Part shown: positions 39,225 through 54,746 of the stretch, one piece after another
How positions within the stretch are numbered: the first letter of the stretch is position 1
Layout: every line of letters starts with the position of its first letter
Source: the human T2T-CHM13v2.0 reference genome, Homo sapiens
Reading direction: 5' to 3' (one strand)
Assembly: GCF_009914755.1 (NCBI RefSeq)
Contig: NC_060945.1
Length of the DNA: 64,000 nucleotides
The notes under the pieces: model-generated
The model's database searches: none
Told to the model about the DNA's origin: nothing
What the model saw: only the letters and a program-made list of their open reading frames with translations
Translations under genes and position numbers: made by a program

Positions 39225-39303
39225 AGTGTGTGTGTGTATGCATGTGTATCCGTGTGTGTGTGTATGCATGTATATGCATGTGTGTGTGCATGGATGTATG
39301 TGT
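39186..39303. repeat. (TG)n / (TGTATG)n compound microsatellite
   Basis: direct reading. Confidence 0.95.
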
Positions 39304-39498
39304 TTTATTTGCTTTGTTGATTTGTTTGTTATGATCGGAGAGAATTCATATATTTACACAATAGAAACATAAGTATTCAAGGCTATAAATTCATGGTTTG
39401 TCTTGTTGGGTTGGTGTTGCTTTTTCTGGGTTTGTGTTTGGGATAATCATAGGTTGAGAGAAAAATAATCAGGAGGAGGAAAATCAGAACGGTTGATT

Positions 39499-39796
<298 letters not shown>

Positions 39797-40694
39797 GGAA
39801 CAGTTGATTGTTATTAGGGAATAGATTGAGAAAGACAAACTGTTAGATAGATTAAGGAATAAGTAAGAGAGAATGAGAAGGTCCCTCTGTTTTTAGCATT
39901 TTAGGGGCCAGGGGTCAGCACCCAGTTAACACAGTAGAAATTGTGAAGTATTGAAAGGGAGTATTAATATATCAGAAAGTAATAAAATTGCAGTGTAAAC
40001 TCCCTTTTGCCAAATTTTTAAGTATTTTGGAGTAAGATTTTATTCATATTTCAGAGGCATACCATAATGACATTACTCATTACTCAAGGAATGAGCAAGC
40101 TTTTTCAAGTTTTAGCAACATGATAATGGTAAAATTATAGGAAAAGGGTGAAATTGAAGAAACCGCTCTCTCATTGAATCCTTGCACTGAATTTCAGGTA
40201 GATATGGACCTCTGTAAACTATAAATGAGAAAATAGTGACTAGCATAGTTATTAAAGAGGCACAGCCAGGATTAGAAAACAGTGTTTAAAAAATAAAATT
40301 AAAACTTTCTCATTTTAACCCATTCATCAATGTAAGACAGAGAAAAAATACATTTAGAAATGGCATAATGGAGGCTGTAACTAGTACAGAAAACTTCCTA
40401 TTCTTTTTTATGTTCTTAAAAAAGTTAAAATGAATCTTTACATATCTAGCAAAATCCCCAAGTTTTACTCCAAAACGTTATTTTTCAGGAACAATGATTT
40501 ATTGAAAGAGAGGAGTAATAATGGATTGAATAGAACAACTTTGAAGCTGTTTGTAATTTCCTCTGAGGCAAAGACGTTGTTCAGAAAACATTCACAGAAT
40601 AAATAAATCTTTGCTTATCTAAACGCACGCATGATGCTTACTACACTATGTTCTCCTGAAATTGCAAGCATTAATTCATTTATTCTTTCAAGCG

Positions 40695-41605
40695 TCTGGG
40701 TCTATTGACTCTTTCTCTTATGGGAAAAGAGACTCAATTCAGTATTGTAAATGAAGATAATTTAATCGAGGGAATTTATTACAAATGGAAGTGCTAAGAA
40801 CCTCAACGAGGGAAGATGAGGCATCCCAGTAAGCAACGGCAGAAACCTGCACTAGTTTTTGAGTGGAGACAAAAACAAGAGGAGCAGAGATTGCCAGAGC
40901 CTAGGGCCCAAGTCACCCAACAGAAGCTGGAACAACAGAGGTACTATCCAGCAGTAGCTAGAGCCACGGCCCGCAGCCATTGTCCAGGGGTAGACGCAGC
41001 CATGAATGATGCACAGTTGTTAGAGAAGTCAACAAAGGAAGAGAGAGTGTTAAGGGCTGAATCATGGTCCCTTGAAATTCATACGTTGAAGTCCTAACAC
41101 CCAGTACTTCAGAATGTAACTGTATTTGGAGATAGGGTCTTTAAGGAGGTAAATATGATAAAATAAGGTTATATGGACAGGCCCTAATCCAGTAGGACTG
41201 GTGTCTTTATAAGAAGGAGATATTAGGACACAGACAACACATAGGCTGAGAGGCCACCATCTTCAAGATGGTAACAGAGGCCTTAGAGGAAAAAATAATA
41301 ATAAAAATAAAAAGAAAACCACCTTGCTGACACTTTGATCTTGGACCTTCAGCTTCCAGATTTGTGAGAAAATAAATCTGTTATTAATAAGTATTTTGTT
41401 GTAGCAGCCCTAGCAATATAACAGAGAGAAGCTAGAACTATACCCTGGCTTCTGCTTTCCTCTAGCCCGACAGCCCCCGATCTTTGCCTCCCGTTGGCAA
41501 ACACAACAGTTGACCTGGATCCTGGAAAGTGTAGCCTACAGGAGTAGATCCCCTGTGTGAGATGAAGCAGAACAGCTAAAAGCACAGGGAAAGCATACAT
41601 CATAA
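40695..41605 (-). mobile_element. Old ERVL-type LTR (LTR41/LTR78-like) split by an MLT1B
   Basis: atttaatcgagggaatt..., gcctcccgttggcaaacacaac...gtagcctacagg on either side of the MLT1B. Confidence 0.45.
41048..41423 (+). mobile_element. MLT1B solo LTR
   Basis: aaattcatacgttgaagtcctaac..cagtacttcagaatgtaactgtatttggagatagggtcttta; perfect TSD gagag 41043-41047 / 41424-41428. Confidence 0.9.
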
Positions 41606-41619
41606 CAACCTTACATACT

Positions 41620-41735
41620 GTGCTACGCCTATTTTAAAGAGAAGCAACTGTGAGGCTCAGATAGGTCAAGCTACACACCTGAAATCACAGCTAGTTATGG
41701 CTCCAAGTCCATGCCTTAATCAATATCTATGCTAA
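41620..41735 (-). mobile_element. MIR fragment
   Basis: cctattttaaagagaagcaactgtgaggctcaga...atcacagctagt. Confidence 0.6.
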
Positions 41736-41872
41736 CTCTCAGGGTTAATAAGCTCCAGGATTGTTACAAGTTGATGGGGTTACACCTTTCCTTTGCTACC
41801 CCTTTTACCATTTTCAGTAAAAATATTTAATTAGGATAATCTCAGAATACTAATGTAATGTACAGCATCAAA

Positions 41873-41873
<1 letters not shown>

Positions 41874-41911
<38 letters not shown>
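41874..41911. repeat. (TG)~19 microsatellite
   Basis: direct reading. Confidence 0.97.
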
Positions 41912-41912
<1 letters not shown>

Positions 41913-42061
41913 TGTATAATAAACTCTCCAGAATGTTTTGCCAAACTGATTCCACTAAATCAAATATTACCAAATGTTTAAAATGGCTAACATTTTAAAT
42001 GTTATATCTTGTTTCTTTTTTTTTCTTTTTTTAAATCAATGAGTTGATTATCATGAGTTGA

Positions 42062-42315
<254 letters not shown>

Positions 42316-43694
42316 AGTTTCTAATCTTTTTCTTTGTTAAGTGCTATGTAGTATGCATTTATTTAAATTGGGAGTGTGTGGGTGTGTGTGTGTGTGCGCG
42401 TGCGTGCACGTGTATGTTTGGAAGAATTTAACAGCAGCTTAAAATAAGACTATTAAAATTAGATGTTCTGTGAGATAAAAATTATATTGTTTAAATTTGC
42501 CCAAGGGTATTTTATTATTCCTTTCATTGGCTAACCAGATTATCAGATTATTGATGCTTTCACTTCTGTACACGCATCTGACTGAAATTAGTCAGTCTTA
42601 GTTTTGCCAGAACAATTGGTTAATTAGGAAGGAAACTCATAAATTGCTGAGGGTTATAAAAAGAAAGAAACTAGATGATTATATAACTCTTTTTTATCTG
42701 ATCCAAGATTATGAGTGGCTTATAGACAGGGGATCCGTCTTAAGTGTTAAGTGTTTTGTTCATAACAGACCATCTGAACCTACTCTTCCATGATTTATCA
42801 TAATTCATCAGGGTCTCCTAACTCATGCTTGAGTGGCAGTTTTATTGCTATTAATTCCAATAATTTGGAATTCATGCTTTAAAAGCATTAATGAGACATC
42901 TAATAAATGCACTGATTTCTGCCAGATAAGTAAATACAAATTGTTATTGGGTAATATGTTGTGCATATTAATGAAAACGTTTTCAAAGTACATGCTCTAT
43001 CCAATGATATCATTGATGCAGTCGGGCACTTCATAAATTGTTCAAAAGTACTTATAAATAGTGTTTTTGAACAAATGAGTGGCCTACTGAATAAATAATT
43101 TGATTACTTCATAAAAAATGTTTTTTTCTGGAGCATTTCTCTTCTACCAGCATAAAATTTGCAATATATCCTCACTCTCCTACTTCTATTTAAAACTTTC
43201 AGACTCTGAGAAATTCTGATAACTCCATAATAACCTTGAGAGGAAAGCTCAAATGGTCTTTCATGTCTTAGGATCCTGAAGATGTATCACCTTTTTAATA
43301 GAATCTCTTGGTTGTTTTGCATAATTCATGGCTCACATAAGACTTTAACAAGGAGAAATGCATACTTTATATGATGTTTTGCTGGCATTCTGCATATTGA
43401 TTGTCTATTATATTTTATGTCTTGATTGCAATATTTTTCTGAAATAATTCACTTTTAACTGGTAAGACTATAATACTAAGAGTGACTTGAAAATATATAT
43501 ACTAGTAGTTTTTGATATTTGCATACTCTAATCCTTTGTCATTTCATATTTCAAAGCTGAGGCAATTCTAGATGCTATATGATTTATAAGACATTAAGAA
43601 AGACCCCTTTTGGATAGAGCTTCATGATCATCTGTCAGTGATACTAGAACACCAATGCTTTAACCAAATCTTGCATCAGACCCTCCCCAGAAAA

Positions 43695-43897
43695 GCACTG
43701 AGGCCTGTCAGGGGGTCTTGGGGATGTTAGTGGGAGGGAGAGCATCAGGAAGAATAGCTAATTGATGCTGGGCTTAATACCTAGGTGATGGGTTGATCTG
43801 TGCAGCAAACTCCCATGGTACACGTTTACCTATGCAATAAACCTGCGCATCTGGCCCATGTTCCTGGAACTTAAAATAAATGTTGAAGGAAAAAAAT
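43695..43897 (+). mobile_element. Short L1PA (approx. L1PA8A-10) 3' end
   Basis: ggagagcatcaggaagaatagctaa..tgctgggcttaatacctaggtgatgggttgatctgtgcagcaaac...aacttaaaataaa. Confidence 0.88.
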
Positions 43898-44147
43898 CAT
43901 TTAAGAGCAAAGCCTTAATAATGTTTATTATAAACTATTGTTATTTCCCCCCAAATTGCAATTATAGTACAATGCAGATGAATATTCATGCAATAAGTTT
44001 CAAGATAAAGAAATAATATTTTCATTGATATTTTAAGCATACCTCACTCTTCATTTTCACTTTAGAGGGGAAAAAAACAAAGCAATCAACCTATAAACAT
44101 AAGTAGAATGATTTTCAAAGTACTTGATTCTTTAAAAATGAACTTTA

Positions 44148-44454
<307 letters not shown>

Positions 44455-45467
44455 TTAAGTTTTTTTATAATCTACTTTTACTAGTTGAATAATCTAAGCC
44501 CCTTTGTATGTGGTTGAAATGGCTATTTCTTATTAGTCATTTTTTTTTTCCACTAATAAACAATGTGTACAAATAGTGTGAAATTCATAGTCGTCTTTCC
44601 TACTCTAACCTTCATTTCCCGGTGCAAATATGTTTGCTTTGGAGTTTTCTGAAATTTGATTCAGAATGAATTTATCTTGAATGACAGAAAATAGGGATAT
44701 GTTAAATAAAGGCTAATCACAAGGAGACTCAAAAATAGAAAATATATTTATAAAAGATGTATGTAATTCAACCTTTCCTGAAAATATATCTAAGCACATT
44801 TCTAGGTCACACAATAAATAGAATTGAATCCTTCCAAATGACCACTTAATTTTTCCCTTACTCTTCAAGAATAATACTGTGATTGCTTCACCCTTTGAAG
44901 GTAAACTCGATGATAAACATAAAAGATTCAGGAATCTGAGCAAGTAGGCAGCATAAAAAAATCAGTAAAAATGGTTATTCTTCATTTTTATGCAGCTGTT
45001 TGATTTTTTTCTTTTGTTCAAATGATGGTATTGTAAAGTAGATAGAGCCTGAGATGACATGATTGTACGAATATGTGTGAGAAGTAAACAGATATTCAGC
45101 TCTGAAGACAATGCTGCCTTTCTTACCCATTTTGGCATGTAAAAGAGAACATTTTGACCTAGTACAGTCTGCAATATGACAATGAAAATGAAAGTAATAC
45201 TTGAGTTAACATGCTAAGGCACAACTCCAGGACACATCGTTTTCAAAGTCACTCTTTTTAAATTTAATATAAAGAATAAACACATTCATAGTACTGGGAA
45301 AACTTGTTATTATATCAAAAAATAAAATCTCTACTTTATTTGTCTAATGTGATTTGTCCAGATAGATTTATAGATCATTGCATAAAAATTCACCAAGCTC
45401 CTTTGGGAAATACAAATGAAAATTCAACCTGAAAATCTGATATATTTGTTTTAGAGTTGTGGCAAAG

Positions 45468-45677
45468 CAGTGGTTTTCAACTAAAGGTGATTTTTTTTTT
45501 CCCTCCAGGGGACATTTTGCAATGCCTGGAAATATTTTTGTTTTTCACAACTGGGAAGGTGTAACTGTCATCTAGTGGGTAGCAGCCTAGGATGCTGGTC
45601 AACATCCTAAAATGTACAAAGCCCTCTTATAATTATTCAGCCCAAGATGTCAATCATGCTGAGACTGAGCAGCCCTT
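45468..45677 (+). mobile_element. MER20 (hAT-Charlie)
   Basis: cagtggttttcaac...ccaggggacattttgcaatg.ctgga...catctagtgggtag...aacatccta..atg...atgtcaat. Confidence 0.88.
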
Positions 45678-46649
45678 TCAGAAATAAGTGTTGTTTTGTG
45701 GAATGTGAAGATGTGTCTCTCCTTGAAAACTCTGTTGTCATTGTGCTCAGATGTCTCTATAATCTCTAAGTCAAAATTGTACCTCTATCAAATCTCTATG
45801 GATCTGTGTTGAGAAAATAATTATATGGCTCTTTGCTCTGCCACCAGATTATGATTTATGGGTAAGATTAAAAAATTCTGAACTACTGCTGCCAGCCAGA
45901 TGTTAAAAAAAGTTTATTTGTAAAGAGTCCACTGTTGATGATTACTTGGGTAGGATGGGTATAATGTAAGAGGGAGAAGAAAAAAAGTAATCAAAACAGT
46001 AAATTTGAGAGGTATATCCTAATATTTTGAAATGAATGACAGTGACAGCAAGCATGCCCAGCAACAGTACCCTGTTAGGAAACACTGTGAAGCTGAAATA
46101 AGTCCATAGAGCCAGAATCTAACCTCATAAGCTCTGATGTTCTAAGAAATAAAAAGATTAAAATCCACTGGCTAATATCGATAGGCTGGGGGATGCTGAG
46201 GGAAGAAATAGATCATTATTTCTCACTATCAGTATTCTAACCACTGTCAATGGAGCACTTGTGCAAATGATGCCAAAGGACAAGCTCCAAGGTCTGTATG
46301 AGGTGTTTTCCCCTTGATGGATAAGAGGAGATAATGAAACAAGTGTCCATGTGTATGTTAGGTATTTTTTACATTATTCTTCTGGGTTTTCTTTTTAAAA
46401 TAAAGAGAAATTTTACATCAGTGCTTTTAGTTTTCAACATGTTTTAGATCTGTTTTAAAAAATCAAAAAATAATATAAATGGTAATGTTGACCCAATTAG
46501 CAGAATGCTTTAAATTAAAGTTGTCTTTCTAAATAATACTATTTACTGTGGAATCAAAAATAATCTATCATTCAGCCTTCTGACTGGGTCTTTATAAAAT
46601 TAACTCCTTGTAAGTTAGCCTCCTACTACTGATAGGGCATCGAGGAGCA

Positions 46650-46809
46650 ATTCATGCCCAACTCGTGTATGACCTATGCAGTCCCATGGGACTCTGTACT
46701 CAGTTTAATATTATGCTGACATTGTCTTGAAATTATTAATGATATTTGAAGAAAGAGCCCTGCATTTTTATTTTCCACTAGGCCCTATACATTTATATAG
46801 CCAGTCCTA
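46650..46809. mobile_element. MER45A (hAT-Tip100)
   Basis: gacctatgcagtc...tcttgaaattattaat...gccctgcatttttattttccactaggccct...tatagccagtcct. Confidence 0.75.
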
Positions 46810-46971
46810 TGGGAAATATTTGGGAGAAAGGACAGTGAAGAGCTGTCTTTGCTCTCATGAACACATCCTGGTAGAAAAGTAACCATAAGGAAGGGTCTGA
46901 GTCCTGGTCCTAGCAGATGGGGGCCACTGTAGTCAACGTGACATCCATCCCATTAAACAAGATTCTTTACA

Positions 46972-47955
46972 TGAAGCCATTAAAAAAATGAAACCAAGTC
47001 CTTTGCAGCAACATGGTTGGAGCTGGAGGCTGTTATTCTAAGTGAAATAACTCAGAAACAGAAAATCAAATATCACATATTCTCACTTATAAGTGGGAGC
47101 TAAACAATGGCACACATGAAAGTAAAGACGGAAATAATAAACACTCAGGGCTTCACAAGGCAGGAGAGTGGGAGGGAGGTGAGGGTTAAAAAATTACCCA
47201 TTGGATACTATATTCAATACTGGGGTGATGAATACACTAAATGCCCAATCCCCACCATTACACTACATACCTGTGATGGTTAATACTGAGTGTCAACTTG
47301 ATTGCATTGAAGGATGAAAAGTATTGATCCTGGGTATGTCTGTGAGGGTGTTGCCAAAGGAAATTAACACCTAAGTCAGTGGACTGGAAGAGGCAGACCC
47401 ACCTTCATTCTGGGTGGGTACCATCTAGCCAGCTGCCAGTGAGGCTAGAATATAAAGCAGGAAGAAAAATGTGAAAAGACAAGGCTGGCCTAGCCACCCA
47501 GCCTACATCTTTCTCCCGTGCTGGATGCTTCCTGCCCTCGAACATCAGAGCCCAGGTTCTTTAGTTTTGGTGCTGGGACTGGCTGTCCTTGCTCCTCAGC
47601 TTGCAGACGGCATACTGGGACCTTGTGATCACGTGAGATAATACTCACATGCACACACACGCACACACATACACATTACCTACTCTGTGTGTGTGTGTGT
47701 ATATATATACACTACATACTTATATATATTAGCTATACAATTATTTATATTTATTATGTATAATTATATATTTATATATAATTATTTTATATAATTATTA
47801 TTACTTATATATAATTAAACACATAATTTTATATATATATATATATATATAATTATTTCTGTCCCTCTAGAGAACCCTGACTAATACAATACCCATGGAA
47901 CAAACATGCCCATATATCCCCTGAATCTACAAACAACAATAACAATAACAAAACA
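46972..47955 (+). mobile_element. L1PB-type 3' end, split by an MLT2A LTR
   Basis: tttgcagcaacatgg..ggagctggaggc...ttctcacttataagtgggagctaaac; resumes 47889 atacccatggaacaaac...cccctgaatcta plus A-rich tail. Confidence 0.88.
47272..47888 (+). mobile_element. MLT2A (HERVL) solo LTR with internal CA/TA expansion
   Basis: tgtgatggttaatactgagtgtcaacttgatt...tctgtccctctagagaaccctgactaataca; perfect TSD atacc 47267-47271 / 47889-47893. Confidence 0.93.
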
Positions 47956-48105
47956 CATGGTGCTTAATATGGGCACTATTGATAATTTAGTTGCCTTGTT
48001 GCGGGGGCTTTCCTGAACACTGTAGAATGTCCAGAAACATTCCTGACCTCCTTCCACCTCACACAAGTAACAACAGCCTCCTCTCCTCCTCTATCCCCAG
48101 TGAAT
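47956..48105 (-). mobile_element. MER20-like fragment
   Basis: ggcactattga...ttgttgcgggggctttcctgaacactgtagaatgt. Confidence 0.6.
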
Positions 48106-48658
48106 TTGTGGGTCAGGTTTGGAACCAGACCCACTTACTGGATGTATGATCATACATACTGGATGGACCTGAAGTGGTAAACACCACTGCAGTGTACTAA
48201 ATAGTTCCAAACAAGACTGGAGAGTAGTTGAATTTTAAGTAGCACCTATCTGTCGCCAGAAGATACATACATAGCTATAGGAGATGTGATGAGAATATTA
48301 TAATTCTAGAAATAAGATTTGAGCTAGCTATTTCTTGCTTTTAATTTAATGGAAATTTGCTTTTGTTGCATCCTCAAGTCTTCTAAGCAATCAAAATGTG
48401 CGTCTACTAAGTAAAAGATATTTCGACCCTTGCAATTGGGTTTTGTTAGAAGGGTAAATATGGCTATAGAAATAAAACAATTTATATCAGCATAAAGAGG
48501 TATATATTTGAGGTATCAAATGAGTGGTAAGAGTGATGAATTCTAGAAAAGTTTAGAGATTTAGAAACTAGAGTGTCGTCAGTTCTTCCAGTCTACCTGC
48601 ACCCCCACCCCCAAACTTCCAAGAAATGTTTGAGTCTTATGGAAAAAAAGTTATTTGA

Positions 48659-48972
48659 GGCCGGCCATGGTGGCTCACGCCTGTAATCCTAGCACTTTAG
48701 GAGGCCAAAGTGGGCGGATCACCTGAGGTCAGGAGCTCGAAACCAGCCTGGCCAACATAGTGCAACCGCGTCTTTAATAAAATACAAAAATTAGCCGCTA
48801 GGCATGGTGGCGAGTGACTATAATCCCAGTTACTTGGAGGCTGAGGCAGGATAATCGCTTAAACCCGGGAGGCAGAGGTTGCAGTGAGTTGAGGTCCCAC
48901 CACAGCATGCCAGCCCGGCGACAGAGTAAGTCTCCGTCTAAAAAAACAGAAAAAAAAAAAAAAAAGAAAAAA
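48659..48972 (+). mobile_element. AluSx/Sz
   Basis: gatcacctgaggtcagg, ccagcctggccaacat; A tail; decayed TSD gaaaaaaag..a.ttga. Confidence 0.92.
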
Positions 48973-50800
48973 AGGCAGTTGAGTATGGTAATAGTTCTTG
49001 AAGTTCTGCAGTCAAAGCAATATTTGTTTTTATTGAGGGTTATATAAGCATGTGTTGGGGGCCATGTGGGTTTGCATATATTTGTATGTGAAAGAAAGAG
49101 AGGGAGGAAGTAGATTAATGTCTTTCACACATGTCCAACAGAATCTAAGAAACAATGCTATGTTTCATGATTTTGATATACATTGTGGACATATTGAATA
49201 TTTTTCTTTTGCCCATTCATTTATTCACTAATGAATTTTTTCATTTATAATTTAATTGTCTGTTGTGTGTCAGGTATGGTTCTAGGCTTACAATAATAAT
49301 GGCCAAAAATGTACTGACACTTTTGGAATGTTCCATATGCCTTTTAGATTAAATTGGTGTGTAGCAGAAGTAGCATTTGATTAGCATACCCAGAAAGAGT
49401 CAAATTCAGTTCAATTTATGGCAGAAGAAATATTTAATACATGCCATTTATTTTGTCATTTTTATGTTAATTGTGTCATAAGACATAAGTTAATGCATTC
49501 TATATTCATTAATACTGCAATTCCTAATTATTCACTCTTATTCCCAGAAAAAGAAAAAATAATTTTTCCAATGGAATCTACTTCACAGCAAGTCAGGTGT
49601 TTACACTGAAATGCAGCATCTGTTCATTTTTCTGAAAGAAAGTTACAGATAAATTTTCCCTAGTTTCAGACATCCATGTACATTTCTCTTGAGCAATATT
49701 TTGATTGTTATTTTGTATACATTGTACATACATTGTATCCCTGCTGTGTATGATGCACATTATGATTCAGTAAATAAAGTTCGCTGAAAAAGCTCTTCTG
49801 AAAATACAAATACTGTCCGTACAATTTTTTGTTTCATACAAGTCTATATATCACATTCTAGGATTTCCTATACCTTGAACCATAAATTAACAACATATGG
49901 AAGAATCTATGCGGAGGGGCAATGTTGGGGCTATTTTACACACAAAACTGGTTTTCGGCTAATGATATCCAGAACCCAGAAATCACACCTCAGTTTATCC
50001 TGGGCCTGGGTTGAAGAGAGAGTACTATTAGCTTACTTACAAAAGTTTCTAAACATTGTTGAAATAACAATGTAAAATCATCTAAAAACAAATAAATCTG
50101 TATCTTTTAAATATAATTTAAAAATATTTCTGCTTAATTTTTTTAATCTAGACAATGCATCAAGAATATTTATTATATTTCTGCAAATAGTTGGTACAAT
50201 AGTGATTCCACATAGTCCAATAATACTTTAGAGGTACCATAGAGGCAACGCTAGAATACCTGTGGAAAATACAATGGCTAGTTCTGCATGCTACATCTCC
50301 AGCTTTTAATTGGCTCAATCTGAATATTACAAGCACACACATACACCTACATGCACACACTAATATCTAGTGTTTTAAGTAAAAATTAATATGAAAAATA
50401 GTACAATGATCATAAAGGTTTGAATAAATATTACAATATAATTTCAAATTAATTTGGAAATATCATTTTATGAATATTTTAATGACAAAATAATCAGAAT
50501 CATTGGAGTTGTAGTTGACATTCTAGCTTATGTTATAATAAAGCTGCTGGGAATCTGAAAGCTGAGTTCTTCCCTATGTTTAGGATTATACTTTGAGTGG
50601 ATTTGGTAAACACTAAGCAGTTGTGTGTGTGTGCAAGTGCATCCACGAGTGCAAAAATGACAATCATGAGTAATTTTTTCAAGTAGCGAACGTGAAAAAA
50701 TTACCAATCAAAAATTAGTGTTGTAACCAAAATCGTGTGAGAAAGAAAAGCCTTACCCTTGACGTCTTTTATTTCGAAAGTTTAAAAAAGGAAAATAAGG

Positions 50801-51242
<442 letters not shown>

Positions 51243-51314
51243 CTATAAGTTATTGAACTCATCTGGTGTCTGATTTTGTGTTCGGTATTCTGAAAACCTC
51301 ATTGTTTGAATCTT

Positions 51315-51450
51315 TTTAACAGTCCTGTGAAGCTGACACTTATCTCCGTTTCACTAAGAAACGAAGACATAAAGATATAATGGAAGTGCCCAAGGTTAAA
51401 GAGACAGTAAATACTAGATGTGGGGTTGGAATAAGTTCTACCAGACTACC
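51315..51450 (-). mobile_element. MIR fragment
   Basis: acagtcctgtgaag...gtgcccaaggt...cagtaaatactaga. Confidence 0.55.
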
Positions 51451-52621
51451 TACTCTTTATAAATAAATTATAATGTTTATAATATACAAATATAATGAAG
51501 ATTCTTTCGGGAGGTCAATGAAATAAAATTGTTTCTGGATAGATTTTAAACAAAAAGTGTTCCTGCTGCTCCCAACCACCTTATATATGTTTTATATCTT
51601 CTGCGCCTTTAGAATTAAAGAAATATTTAGGCACTCCTGAAGAATCGAAAGGAGAAAATTATGGAAAAAAAATATGAGAGAGGGTTGAATAGCAAGCAGT
51701 AGATTGTCGAGAGGTCTTGGTTGCAAAGATTTGTAGACTTAGCGTAGGTAAATGTATTTTAGAGAATGAGAAAATTAGAAGTAGCTGATTCCCCTCTGCT
51801 CAGTGCAGCTGGGGAATTGGAGCTTTTGCCCACATTGGCAACTGAGCAGATAGGTTGGAGGAAAGATTCCAAAAATACCACTGCCTAACTAAACCAATTG
51901 CAAGAGACTGCGGTACTTCTGAACATGGTACCTCTGTTATTCCCACCAGCTAATTCTGCGCCTTACTGAGAAGGCAGAAAGAATAACATAACCAATAAAA
52001 ATATTACTGGTAAAAAAATATAGTATCTAAGTTGGAAGAAAGTGGTCCTGTGTTCTTTGAGATGAATGTAATTATATAAAGTAATTTTATAACTGTTAAT
52101 TATATATTTTAAAATAAGCAAGGAACCAGCAAACTGGTAGAAGGGGGAAGAGTGTATAAAACAATTAGGATGAAAAAACTCAGCCAATTAAACACATACA
52201 AGAAAAGAAGTGAGCAAAAATGAGACTGAAAAAGTGGGACAAAGAAGAACATAAAATAAGATGTTCAAAATTATCCATATAGATAAGAATTCACAATATA
52301 TTACATGAAATAAAATTTCTTACTAACAGACTAATAAGGTGAGGTTGAATAGAGAAAGAAAATCCAGCTGTATGCTGTGTATAAAGATATACTGACAATA
52401 TAAGGAAAGAGAAACGCTGAAAGGTAAAGGATAAAAAAAATGCATGCTAGAGAAATGATAACAAAGGAAAGCTGGTTTAGCTTCAGTAATATAAAAAGAA
52501 ATGACTTTCATAAGCGGAAATTATTATTAAAAATAATACTATCATATTAAATTCACAGCAATGAGATAAAGATTCAAAAATTATCTGCAAAGGATCACAT
52601 AGCTCCAAAACACATGGATAA

Positions 52622-53011
<390 letters not shown>

Positions 53012-53503
53012 TAAAGGCACATATAATAAAACCAACACAATAAAAATTAGAAATTATCTGGTGAATAAATGTAGACTATGACATCAAACGATTTGATAGT
53101 ACATATTTTTCTCCAGCACAATTACAATATTTGTTTTTAAAGACTATATGTTAAGAGTTTTAAAAGGAGACTTTACAATAGAAACAAAAATACAAAAAGT
53201 ACACCCTCATTAAAAGAGGATTTAAGTCAATGGTTAGATGTACCAAATTCTACACTAAGAAATATAAACTCAATTCAAGTTTGTTAGAAATTTTACTTGG
53301 TTCATAATAGTATATGGTAAGTTAATTCTAAAATGTTTATGAAACAACTACAATAAAAGACCATGAATACACCAAGTACTTTTGAAGGAGTAGAAATAAA
53401 ATGGTTGGCTTGCTTTAAAATATTTTGGTTTATTGTGGAAACAGAGGTCGGATTTCTTAGACGACAATTAAAAACTCATATATATAATCTAGGGTTTAAC
53501 TTT

Positions 53504-53904
<401 letters not shown>

Positions 53905-54746
53905 TAACTTTCTTATCAACACAGGAAACATAGAAGCTATAAAAGAAAAAAAGCATGCTTAGGTGTATAAAATTTAAAACTTTTGTAAGACAAAAGATAT
54001 GACAATGAAAGCTAGGATATACAAATAAATAGAAACAATATTTGAAACTTAGGGATCAGATAAAAGATTAATGTGTTTACTGTATAAAAAGCATATGCAA
54101 TTAAATCCAACCCAGAATACAAATGGGTAAATTATATGAAAAAATCACAAATAGCAAAACCATATAGCCAGTTAATAAATGATGTCGAATGGTGGCTCAA
54201 TCTTCTTGATGGTTAAGGAAATAAAAACCAAATTCACAGTAAAATATCAGTATGCTTCCAGCTTACTACCAAAAAAGAAATAATTCAATAACATTTACAT
54301 TTGGCAGAGATGGTGAGGGGCTGAGGACTATTTGAGATAGCTAAAAAAAGAGAGTTTAAAAAAATTAAATTTTTACGTAGGCATTTAAAAAATTATGTAA
54401 GTGTATCACACAAATGATTTTGCATCAAATAACATAGCATCTGCATCCATAACAACTCCATGGGACAAGGAAAAATAAAACCTGAGGGAATGGAAAAAGA
54501 AAACTTTAACCTTCACTATTCTATGACAAAACCAATGAGATAAAAATAGATATAAAAACAGCGAATCAGATCCAATTATAATATATTGTATTATACTTAT
54601 TGAAAATAGAGATTAGACAGTCTTTTCAAATGTACATGAAACATTTAAACAGTGATTATATATTTTCCTTTAAAAATCAATATATTTCAAAAAGAAAAAA
54701 TAGTACATAAAGCATTCTTTAATCTCAGTGGAATAAAACTGGACAT

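Noticed and set aside
40816-41097. 93-aa Q/E-rich ORF
   Set aside because: Lies in an old LTR and runs into MLT1B; composition artefact of purine-rich sequence
43711-43738. G-quadruplex-like G runs
   Set aside because: Known G-rich tract of the L1 3' UTR; not locus-specific
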